From a virus (taxonomy: Duplodnaviria > Caudoviricetes): 35,488 bases of DNA. The stretch covers positions 1 to 35,488 of IMG/VR virus record IMGVR_UViG_3300032295_003689; one strand, 5' to 3'. The notes under the pieces are model-generated. The model was not told the origin of the DNA and made no database searches. It was given only the letters and a program-made list of their open reading frames with translations. Of this stretch, positions 24,912-32,889 are shown one piece after another. Position 1 is the first letter of the stretch, and the number at the start of each line of letters is the position of its first letter. Position numbers and translations under genes: made by a program.

Positions 24912-25727
24912 TCATTCCGCGCGCAGCGCGGGGGCTCCAATGCGGCGGCTGATTTCGTCCATGACGCGGCCGGTGTGGTCGCTGCTGAGGATGACGTGGT
25001 GGCGGGCGCTGCGGAGGTGGAGGAAGGGGTCTTGGCCGAGGAGGAGGGCTTTGAGGATGGCGCGGCTGTGCAAGGCGTCGTAGCCGAGGACGACGGAGTG
25101 CATGGCATCGGTGAGCTCGAGGGCGAGGCGGAGCGGATCGGCCTCGGTGGGGCTGCGGCGGAGGAGGATTTCAGCGTCTTCGAGCACGGTCTGTCCGTCG
25201 GGTTTGAGGCGGGCGTAGCCGTGGCGGGGGAGCCAGTAGCGACGGGCTCCTTCCGGGCCTTCAAAGTCGCGGACGGGCAAACCGACGCCGCCGAGGGCCG
25301 CCGCGAGCGCGAGGTCATCGCAGGGGACGCGGCCGGTGAATTTGGAATCGGGATCGAGGGCGGTGTGGCGGCGGTATTCGGTCATTTGACCGCCGGGGAT
25401 GCTGCGGAGGTTCATGATCGCGCCTTTGTGCATGTCGAGGATGCGATCGTAGTTGTGCTGAGCACGCATCATGACGCAGAGCGGGTGCATGGGATCGCTG
25501 GCAGGGAGCGCGCCGCTTTCGTAGGCTTTGGCGATGCCGATGTGCAGGTGCGTGAAGCCAGGGCGGACGCTGCGCTCTTGGAAGAGGAATTCGCGGACGT
25601 TTTTGCCGGTGGTGACGTCGTGCAGGGGCTTGCAGTCGCAAGGGAAGCCGAGGGCGGCGAGACAGGCGGCGAGCTTGGTGTTGGAGACGCTAACGGCGTT
25701 GACGGAGCGTGAGGCGGGCTTGCTCAT
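24912..25727 (-). CDS. Hypothetical protein with an internal two-fold domain duplication
   Basis: NTKLAACLAALGFP...MHPLCVMMRAQHNYDRIL versus DLALAAALGGVGLP...MHSVVLGYDALHSRAIL. Confidence 0.7.
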   Translation of the reverse strand: MSKPASRSVNAVSVSNTKLAACLAALGFPCDCKPLHDVTTGKNVREFLFQERSVRPGFTHLHIGIAKAYESGALPASDPMHPLCVMMRAQHNYDRILDMHKGAIMNLRSIPGGQMTEYRRHTALDPDSKFTGRVPCDDLALAAALGGVGLPVRDFEGPEGARRYWLPRHGYARLKPDGQTVLEDAEILLRRSPTEADPLRLALELTDAMHSVVLGYDALHSRAILKALLLGQDPFLHLRSARHHVILSSDHTGRVMDEISRRIGAPALRAE

Positions 25728-25761
25728 GAAAAGGGGGATCGGCTGGGGATGGGCGGGCGTT

Positions 25762-25983
25762 TTATTCTTCGGGCGTGTCTTCGGGAGGAAGAGTTGGAGC
25801 CGGGGGCGGCGGCGGCGGATCAGGGATGAGGCGGGCGTAACCGGGGCGCGGTTTGGCAGACTGCGCGCAGGTGATGAAGGGCTTGCTGCCAGGCTCACGG
25901 GTGAGCGTGAGGCGGCCGTCGCGATGCACGGTTTCCACGTGCATCACGACGGCGTTTTGGTGCTGGAAGTAGTGGGCCTGCAT
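25762..25983 (-). CDS. Hypothetical protein
   Basis: 73-aa ORF filling an operon gap. Confidence 0.5.
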   Translation of the reverse strand: MQAHYFQHQNAVVMHVETVHRDGRLTLTREPGSKPFITCAQSAKPRPGYARLIPDPPPPPPAPTLPPEDTPEE

Positions 25984-26012
25984 GCTGGGGATCAGAGATC
26001 AGAGGGCAGAGA

Positions 26013-26711
26013 TCAGGCGGCGGGGGCAGCGATCTCGGGGTAGTAGGTCGCGGGGATGGTGACTTCCGCGGGGTTTTCCGGGCTGCGGCTTTGGGAGACT
26101 TCACCGACGAGGAGGAGCTTGGTGGTATCGCGCTCGATGCCGTGCGTTTCGACATCGTCTTGGAAGTTGGCGAGGCTGCTGATGTGCTCGCCAGGGACCA
26201 CGCGGGCGAGGCCGGTGAGGTGGCCGGAGGCGTCCGGGATGGGCTCGCCCACGACTTCAATTTCCGCGCCGAAGACATCGACCTGCACCTGGAGGATCTG
26301 GCGGTAGCTGGCCGGCGTGACGGGAGTGACGACGCCGCCGGTGCCATCAGCGCTGACGGCGGTGGCAATGCCGTTTTGCGCGTTGGCATGCGTGGTGGCG
26401 AGCTGGAAGGTGTTCGCGCTGACGTTGATGGCGTAGTAGGTGCCTGCGGTGATGCCAGCGGAGAAGTCGGCGACGGTGACACGCTGGCCCGTGGTGAGTC
26501 CGTGGCTGCTTTTGGTGAACAGATCGCCGGTGTTGGCGACGCTGACGCCGGTGAGGGCGGTGCCGCTGACGGCGGCTTTGTGGCCTTTCTTTTCGATTTT
26601 GTTGACGCGCGGGGTGAGCTTGTAGCTTTTCACCACGAATCCGCTGTCGTTGTATTCGAGGAGATCGCCGTCAGTGAGTGAACCGTAGAGGGAGTGAGGA
26701 TCGTAGGGCAT
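26013..26711 (-). CDS. Probable tail tube (major tail) protein with an inserted beta module
   Basis: Lies after the neck genes and before the chaperone; internal HGLTTGQ...TYYAINVSANTFQLATT module. Confidence 0.6.
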   Translation of the reverse strand: MPYDPHSLYGSLTDGDLLEYNDSGFVVKSYKLTPRVNKIEKKGHKAAVSGTALTGVSVANTGDLFTKSSHGLTTGQRVTVADFSAGITAGTYYAINVSANTFQLATTHANAQNGIATAVSADGTGGVVTPVTPASYRQILQVQVDVFGAEIEVVGEPIPDASGHLTGLARVVPGEHISSLANFQDDVETHGIERDTTKLLLVGEVSQSRSPENPAEVTIPATYYPEIAAPAA

Positions 26712-26773
26712 AGCCGAAAGGGTGATGGATGGGTTTGAGGATGACGGGGATCGGCGATGATGGGGACGGGGTG

Positions 26774-27307
26774 TCAAACGGCGATGAGCTGCAGATGCAC
26801 ATCCAGGGTGCAGGCGGCGATGAGGACGCGTTTGTCGCTGCGGCGCTGGACGGGGGCGCAGCCGAGGTGATGGATCTTGGTGATGCGGAATCCGGCGAGG
26901 CGGGAGGCATCCAGGGTGGTGAACCAATCGCGGAAGCCGAGGAGATCGGTGCCGTCGAGCTGGCCGGTTTTCATGGTGCGGAGTCGCTCGTCGATGCGGG
27001 CGATGGTGGCGAGGACTTCGCTGGTGGTGGCGGCATTGGCGACTTCAGCGGCGTTTTCATCGTCGGCGACGATGCGTGCCATGTTCATGAAGCTGAGATT
27101 GATGATGCGGCGAGCTCCTTTGGTGCCGTCTTCCTTCGGCACGATGATCAGGGAGGGTAAATCGGGCTCGCGGGCGAGGTCGAAGACGACTTTGGGGAGC
27201 GCGGTGGCATCCGGAACGCCGGCGCGGATGCTGTCGGCGTGGGCGAGGTAATCGCGGAAGATTTCAGCGAGGTGGATTTCAGGGCTGGTTTCAGCGAGGG
27301 TGCTCAT
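26774..27307 (-). CDS. Putative tail terminator/neck protein
   Basis: Position and size only. Confidence 0.5.
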   Translation of the reverse strand: MSTLAETSPEIHLAEIFRDYLAHADSIRAGVPDATALPKVVFDLAREPDLPSLIIVPKEDGTKGARRIINLSFMNMARIVADDENAAEVANAATTSEVLATIARIDERLRTMKTGQLDGTDLLGFRDWFTTLDASRLAGFRITKIHHLGCAPVQRRSDKRVLIAACTLDVHLQLIAV

Positions 27308-27310
27308 GCG

Positions 27311-27667
27311 TCAGGCTTTGAGAGGGCAGGATGCCTGGACGGCCCAGACTGGGGAGTGCTCCGCCGCGCCAGTGACGGCGTCGATGTCGTAGGTGCGGCC
27401 GCGATATTCGAGCTTGTCGAGTTCGCGATCGGGAGCGGTGGGGAGCTTGGATTTGGGGATGTGGGCCTTGAAGGTGTATTTGCGCTCGAGTCCGAATTCC
27501 TCCGCTTGGGCGGCGTTGTCTTTTTCGCTGATGGTGCAGCCGATGAGGGGGATGCGGGAGGTGCCGCGGCGGAGGTAGAGAGGCGCCGACGCCGTGGAAG
27601 CGAAGGGGCTGGCCGCCATGCCGCGAGAGACGGCGTCTTGGAAGCGTTGCTGAGGCGTGACAGGCAT
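27311..27667 (-). CDS. Putative head-tail joining (stopper) protein
   Basis: DKLEYRGRTYDIDAV beta motif typical of head-closure proteins; position. Confidence 0.6.
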   Translation of the reverse strand: MPVTPQQRFQDAVSRGMAASPFASTASAPLYLRRGTSRIPLIGCTISEKDNAAQAEEFGLERKYTFKAHIPKSKLPTAPDRELDKLEYRGRTYDIDAVTGAAEHSPVWAVQASCPLKA

Positions 27668-27688
27668 GCCGGAGGGCGGGTGTCAAAA

Positions 27689-27756
27689 ACGAATGACGAA
27701 TGACGAATGAGGAATGCCGAATGCCGAATGCCGAATGACGAATGACGAATGACGAA
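27689..27756 (+). repeat. Heptamer tandem array (GAATGAC/GAATGCC, about 9 units)
   Basis: Read directly; intergenic. Confidence 0.9.
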
Positions 27757-27854
27757 GGCAAGAAACCCGCCGCGCCTAACCATGAAGACGCGACGGGTTT
27801 CTGAGCAACCAAACCACAGCGAGGAAGCGCTGGGATGACGAAGTGGGGCGGGTG

Positions 27855-28064
27855 TCAATTTCGGCGGAAGTAGGCGGCGTGCTCGTTGCTGTGACGGCAG
27901 TGGACGATGGTGATGATCTGCCAGCCATCCGAGGCCATGGCGGTGAGAATGGGGGGCAGTTCCTCGGGATGGGCGAGGCGGACGGTGTGCTCAATGACGG
28001 TGAGTGACGTGATTGACGAGGATGACGGGATTGACGGTGTGGGGGAGGATTTGGGTTTGGCCAT
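27855..28064 (-). CDS. Small hypothetical protein
   Basis: ATG 13 nt after TTGACA; MASDGWQIITI motif. Confidence 0.55.
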   Translation of the reverse strand: MAKPKSSPTPSIPSSSSITSLTVIEHTVRLAHPEELPPILTAMASDGWQIITIVHCRHSNEHAAYFRRN

Positions 28065-28081
28065 GCGGGTTTGTGGGTGTC

Positions 28082-28114
28082 AAAAAAACGGCCCGCCGGT
28101 GGGGGCGGGCCGTT
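28082..28114 (-). terminator. Intrinsic terminator after the major capsid gene
   Basis: AACGGCCCGCC-6nt-GGCGGGCCGTT stem with a T7 tract. Confidence 0.85.
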
Positions 28115-28147
28115 GCTGAACGATGCAGGATGTGCCTGGCGACACGT

Positions 28148-29314
28148 TTAGCCGAGGAGCGTGGCGACAAACTCGGGCTTCCAGACTTTGACGCCGTAGA
28201 AGGCCATAAGCTTGATCTGGTTCATGCCGTAGCCTTTGTAGAGGCGGGCGGAGAAGCTGAGTCCCGTCTTTTCATCGACGAGGACGGCGATCTCTTCACC
28301 GACATCACCACCAGGGGGCTGCGCAGGCGGACGCATGGCGAGCTCGATGGCGGATTTGTGGAAGCCGACGTTGGCGGTGTAGCTGTCGCCGATGGTGATC
28401 TCGGAGGAGGTGGTGCCCGCGACGCGGAGGCCGGGGTTGTTGATCACGATGTCGCCGCTGGTGGCGGTGCTGCCGGTTTTGACGACGTATTTGTTGGCGG
28501 TGTCGGTGTCCATGCTGATCACATCACCGGCTTTGATGCCGGTGGTGTTGACGGTGCCGCCTTCAAAGGAAAGCGTGGTCTGGCCGATGGCTTCGGAGCC
28601 GCTGAAGTCGTAGCCGGTGCCTGCTCCTTTCGTATGGAGCTGCACACCGGCAGAAGTGCGGATGGAGAAGCCGGAGATGTTGAGCAGCTCGCCGCGACGG
28701 ATCGGGGAATCGCTGCCAGCTTCGTTGACCTTGGTGAGCTGCGTGAGGTTGCGCAGTTTGGTGCCTGCGGCGCTGTTGATGATGAGCGAGAGCTCACCGT
28801 CATCGAGCGGGCAGCCGTTGTCTTCGAGGATCTGGCGCAGCGCGTTGATGTCGTTGTGATTGGACGCGAAGGGCGTGGTGCCTGCGGTGCCAGTGGCGCG
28901 GGATGCGCCCTGGTAGGCGGCGGTGCCGATCTGTGCTTCGATGGCATTGATCATCTTGCGAATGCCCTGCTTGTAGAGCTGCTGCAGAGCGAGCTCCGCG
29001 CCGACGGTGTTGGCGAGCTGGGCGAACTGCTCCCCTTTGAGCGGGATGCTGGCACCGGCGAAAAGACTGAGGGTGAGGGTTTCCGCCGCCGTGGTGATGT
29101 CCGCTGCATCGGGCGTGGTCATGGCCGGGGTGTAGGACGTTTCGAGCGTGGGCTCGGTGGTGCGCAGGGAGGTGACGGTGCCGCCTGCGGAGACGCCTTC
29201 GGAGCCACCGTTGACCATGACGCCCTGGGCGAAGCCGGTAGGTTCGCGGGCGACCATGTCGCGGGCTTGATAGAGGATTTCGGTAAGTCCGGTGAGTGAG
29301 ATGTCGTTAGCCAT
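28148..29314 (-). CDS. Major capsid protein (P22 coat-like, HK97 fold with an insertion domain)
   Basis: Follows the protease; C-terminal GLSFSARLY...FYGVKVWKPEF; central beta-rich insertion; strong terminator downstream. Confidence 0.85.
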   Translation of the reverse strand: MANDISLTGLTEILYQARDMVAREPTGFAQGVMVNGGSEGVSAGGTVTSLRTTEPTLETSYTPAMTTPDAADITTAAETLTLSLFAGASIPLKGEQFAQLANTVGAELALQQLYKQGIRKMINAIEAQIGTAAYQGASRATGTAGTTPFASNHNDINALRQILEDNGCPLDDGELSLIINSAAGTKLRNLTQLTKVNEAGSDSPIRRGELLNISGFSIRTSAGVQLHTKGAGTGYDFSGSEAIGQTTLSFEGGTVNTTGIKAGDVISMDTDTANKYVVKTGSTATSGDIVINNPGLRVAGTTSSEITIGDSYTANVGFHKSAIELAMRPPAQPPGGDVGEEIAVLVDEKTGLSFSARLYKGYGMNQIKLMAFYGVKVWKPEFVATLLG

Positions 29315-29370
29315 GATGGTGAGGAGTAGGAGGTGGAGGGGTGTTAGGTTTCAGCGTGTCAATGCGGGGA

Positions 29371-30480
29371 TCAGTCGTCGGTGAGCTTGCCACCAGAGGC
29401 CATGAAGGCGTTGCGCTCGGCGTGGGGGAGCTTGTTGAAGGCGCTGCGGGCCATGGTGTTCTCCGTCTTGGCGGACGCTGCGGGAGCGGGAGCACCGCCA
29501 CCGGCGGCTCCGGCGGCTCCGTTGGCCATGAGGGCTTTCAGGTTGGTCAGCTCGGTCTGGAGGGCGGTGAGGCTGTCTTTGTCGGCCTTGGTGGCTTCGG
29601 TGATGCGCTTGTCGAAGGCGGCTTTGACGGCGGCGTCTTCGAAGTCGATGACGACGTTCTTTTCAGGGGCTTTGTGGGCCTTGAAGGCGGCGATGGCTTG
29701 ATCCTCGGTGCAGTTCTCCGGGAGGGAGATGCCGAGGGCGGAGGCGAGGGCGATGAGGGGCTTCATGGAGTCGGTGGAGGAGGTGGGTTGAGCGCTGGGC
29801 GTCGGAGGCGGTGGAGTGTCAAACAGGGCGGCGAAACGGGCGGGCTGGCGCGTGAACTGGGCGCTGTTTCGGAATGCGGGGGAGCAGACGAGATTGGAGA
29901 GTGCGACTTCATCGGTGACGACATCGACGAGCCCGAGGGCTTTGGCGGCGGGGCCGTCGAGGTAGGTCTCTGCATCCATGAGGCCGATGAATTCCTTTTC
30001 ATCGCGGCCGGATTTGGCGGCGTAGGCATTGCGGATGGCTTTGTTGTGGGCTTTGAGTGCTTCCGCTTGGCGCTCGAATTCACGATAATCGCCGCCCGTG
30101 AAGGTGGAGGCGTTGTGGATCATGAGTAGCGCATTGGAGGGCATGCGGACTTCATCGCAGGCGGTGGTGATGACGCTGGCGATGCTGTAGGCGTAGCCAT
30201 CGACGAAGCAGGTTTTTTGAGCGCTGTGCCGCTTGAGGATGTTGTGAATGGCAAGGCCATCGGAGACGAGGCCGCCTTCGCTGGAGATGTAGAGGTGCAG
30301 ATTGGTGACCTCTCCGAGAGCGCGGAGCTCGGTCTCGAATTCTTTTACCGTGCCGCCTTGACCTTCGAAGGTCATGCCCATCCATTCTTCATCTTTGTTG
30401 CTGATGCCGATGACGCCGCGAATGCGGATTTCCCCGGTGGAGTTGCCAAGGTTTTTGATCTGGTATTGAAAGCGCTTCAT
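29371..30480 (-). CDS. ClpP-type prohead protease with a C-terminal scaffold-like region
   Basis: YISSEGG, GYAYSIASVI, LMIHN, AETYL motifs; Pro linker then an Ala-rich coiled C-terminus. Confidence 0.88.
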   Translation of the reverse strand: MKRFQYQIKNLGNSTGEIRIRGVIGISNKDEEWMGMTFEGQGGTVKEFETELRALGEVTNLHLYISSEGGLVSDGLAIHNILKRHSAQKTCFVDGYAYSIASVITTACDEVRMPSNALLMIHNASTFTGGDYREFERQAEALKAHNKAIRNAYAAKSGRDEKEFIGLMDAETYLDGPAAKALGLVDVVTDEVALSNLVCSPAFRNSAQFTRQPARFAALFDTPPPPTPSAQPTSSTDSMKPLIALASALGISLPENCTEDQAIAAFKAHKAPEKNVVIDFEDAAVKAAFDKRITEATKADKDSLTALQTELTNLKALMANGAAGAAGGGAPAPAASAKTENTMARSAFNKLPHAERNAFMASGGKLTDD

Positions 30481-30547
30481 GTCGAAGCGCTGGAAGTGTC
30501 AAAGACGGAGAGTGACCGGAATGACCTGAGTGACCGGATTGACGGGG

Positions 30548-32161
30548 CTAGGTGGCCCCATCCATGGCGGCGAGATCGGCGGCGAGGGTCTCAGGGCTCA
30601 GGGTGGTGAGGAGGCTGCTGGAGCTGCTGGTGCGCTGGCCGAGGGCGAGGATGGTGCAAATACTGGGCGGAATCTCTGGGGCAATCCGACCATATTGAAG
30701 AGCATATCGGATGAGGTCGAGTTTTTGAGCGATGGCGGCTTCGCGGGTGCGCTGGCCGTCGTTGCCGGTGAGGAGCTCGACGAGGTCGTTGGGGGTGATG
30801 AGGTTTTCCCCGAGGCGCTCCATCTGGGCTTTGTGATCGCGGCCGGCATCGGCGGAGGGATCGGGGTCGGTGACGAAGTCGATGACGTTCCAGTCTTCGA
30901 CGGTGGCGTATTGGAACAAGGGGCCGCCAGGCATCATGGCGGTGCCGATGACTTTTTCCCAGATCCACTGGATGAGCGGGTAGAGCTTGGAGCGGAGGCC
31001 TTCGTGGGCTCGCTTCACTTGCTCCAGCAAGCCGCGGTATTCGGTGCCGCCGACTTTGCCGCGCATGAAGATCCATTCGGGCGGGTAGCCGAATTCGAAG
31101 ATGAAGGGATGGAGAAGGTCTTCGAGGATTTGCTTGAAGGGGACGCCCTCGGTGGGGTTGTTGAAGAATTGGAATTCTTCATCGGTGGAAAGCGGGATGA
31201 AGATGGCTCCTTCTCCGATCTCCATGAAGCGGCGGCCGGTATCGGCGGCGGGGGTGCCGGATTGCTCAGCGGTGAGGGCCTGCTGCATGGCATTGAGCAC
31301 CTTGCCGTCTTTGGTGGTGGTGGCACCGAGGAGGGCGGCGCGGACTTTAGCGGAGTGCTTGCGGAGGGCTTTGAGGTCGAGAACGTCGAGGAGGTCTTTG
31401 CCGCTGGCGAAGATGGCGGGATCGCCATGATACTGATTGATGCGGGCGGGGTCTTTGAGGTGGAAGACGTGGCGGTGGCCCATCGAGTTGATGGCGGAAA
31501 TGTCGGTGTATTTGCCGGAGGTGCTGCCGAGGGCGGTGTCGTCGAGGTTGAGGCGGATCTTGGTGAGCTGATCGAGCTTGTTGTAGAAGAGGCCGTGGTA
31601 GCAGCGCTCGGTGGCGGCATCTTTCACATCGCCATTGGTGAGCTGATCGCGGGTGAGGGTTTGGATCTGGAAGGCTCGCTTGGATTTGTCGTTGAGGCTC
31701 CAGCCGAGGCCGGTGGGGTCGAAGACGGGGAGCATGAGGAGCTCGCCATCACCCAGCATGCCGGAGAGCCATCCCGCCTGGAGCTGGTAGAAGGTTTGCT
31801 CTTTACGGAGATCGACGGCGGGGGAATCGGCCCATTTGGCGAAGATGGCGGTGGCATCGCGGACGAAGTCGGGATTGGCGGAGATGCTTTTGGCTCCGAT
31901 GCCTTTGCCGACGGCTTCGCGGGGGAGCTGGCGGCAGGCGTAGCGGACCTGGGGAATGCCGTTTTCGCTTTGGAGGAAGCGGGAGATTTGAACGATGTCG
32001 CGGGTGCGCTGGATGCGCTCCAGCGATTTGGTGCTCCATGGCTGCCAGGTGGGCATGGTGCGGTAGCCGCCGGAGGAGGCGGGGAGGGCGTTGGTGATCT
32101 TCGGGCTGTTGACGATGCCAGTGGTGCCGGAGATGGCGGGGGATTTGCGGGAGCGTTTCAT
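30548..32161 (-). CDS. Portal protein (lambda-family)
   Basis: VGKGI, DGE, HVFH...RINQYHGDP, FGYPPE motifs; between the gpW-like gene and the protease. Confidence 0.82.
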   Translation of the reverse strand: MKRSRKSPAISGTTGIVNSPKITNALPASSGGYRTMPTWQPWSTKSLERIQRTRDIVQISRFLQSENGIPQVRYACRQLPREAVGKGIGAKSISANPDFVRDATAIFAKWADSPAVDLRKEQTFYQLQAGWLSGMLGDGELLMLPVFDPTGLGWSLNDKSKRAFQIQTLTRDQLTNGDVKDAATERCYHGLFYNKLDQLTKIRLNLDDTALGSTSGKYTDISAINSMGHRHVFHLKDPARINQYHGDPAIFASGKDLLDVLDLKALRKHSAKVRAALLGATTTKDGKVLNAMQQALTAEQSGTPAADTGRRFMEIGEGAIFIPLSTDEEFQFFNNPTEGVPFKQILEDLLHPFIFEFGYPPEWIFMRGKVGGTEYRGLLEQVKRAHEGLRSKLYPLIQWIWEKVIGTAMMPGGPLFQYATVEDWNVIDFVTDPDPSADAGRDHKAQMERLGENLITPNDLVELLTGNDGQRTREAAIAQKLDLIRYALQYGRIAPEIPPSICTILALGQRTSSSSSLLTTLSPETLAADLAAMDGAT

Positions 32162-32202
32162 GCGCGCGGAATAGGGAAGTGCTCAGTGCTCAGTGCTCAG
32201 TG

Positions 32203-32427
32203 CTATGCGCCAAACGAGTGGCGCATATAGGAAGGGATGCCGACTTGCTGGCAGGTGTCGCGGATGAGCTTTTGAATGGTGAATTCGATGTCGGTGGTTT
32301 TACCGATCGAGGCAGGCATCTGGATCATCAGCGAGGAAAGGGGTGATCCAGGATTAACGGCTAGCCGTGTTTCCATGAGCGTCGTTTTGGGAATGACGGG
32401 GCCGCAAATAATGAGAGGTGTTTTCAT
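32203..32427 (-). CDS. Small hypothetical protein (lower GC)
   Basis: ATGA overlap with the upstream gene. Confidence 0.45.
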   Translation of the reverse strand: MKTPLIICGPVIPKTTLMETRLAVNPGSPLSSLMIQMPASIGKTTDIEFTIQKLIRDTCQQVGIPSYMRHSFGA

Positions 32428-32765
32428 GAGTCGAGGACTTCGGCGGGGGCGTAACCGGCGGCGAAGCGGATGCCGAAACAGCGGGAGAGGGATTTGGTGA
32501 CGGCTCCGGCGATGGTGGCTTCGACTTCTTCAATGGCGGCTTTGAGGGCGAGGCGGCGATCTTCGGGTGACGAAGCGCGGAACTGCGCGGAGTGGGAGGC
32601 GCCTTCGAAGCTGGTGGCGGTGATTTCCGCGCCGGTGCGGTCTTCGGCGGCGGCGAGGTAGAGATCGGTGAGCCACTGGAGCTGCGCGGCGTTGTCCGCC
32701 GGGTAAAGCATGCGCGCATGGAAACGCAGGTCGTTGGTGAGATCGGCGAGGGAGGCGGCGGGCAT
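32424..32765 (-). CDS. Putative gpW-like head completion protein
   Basis: Between TerL and portal; helix, beta hairpin (ITATSFEGASHSAQF), helix. Confidence 0.55.
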   Translation of the reverse strand: MPAASLADLTNDLRFHARMLYPADNAAQLQWLTDLYLAAAEDRTGAEITATSFEGASHSAQFRASSPEDRRLALKAAIEEVEATIAGAVTKSLSRCFGIRFAAGYAPAEVLDS

Positions 32766-32889
32766 GAAGGGAGGCCCGGTGTCAATGAGGCGGGGAGGAC
32801 CAAATTGACGGGAGTGACCGGATTGACGGGGGCGAACGTGCGCTGCACCGAGCGTGTTCGCTAAGGCTCACTCGTTGGTGAGCTTTTGG

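Noticed and set aside
17226-27756. Repeat arrays as CRISPR or DGR elements
   Set aside because: Units are 7-9 nt with no unique spacers; no cas or reverse transcriptase gene and no TR/VR pair seen
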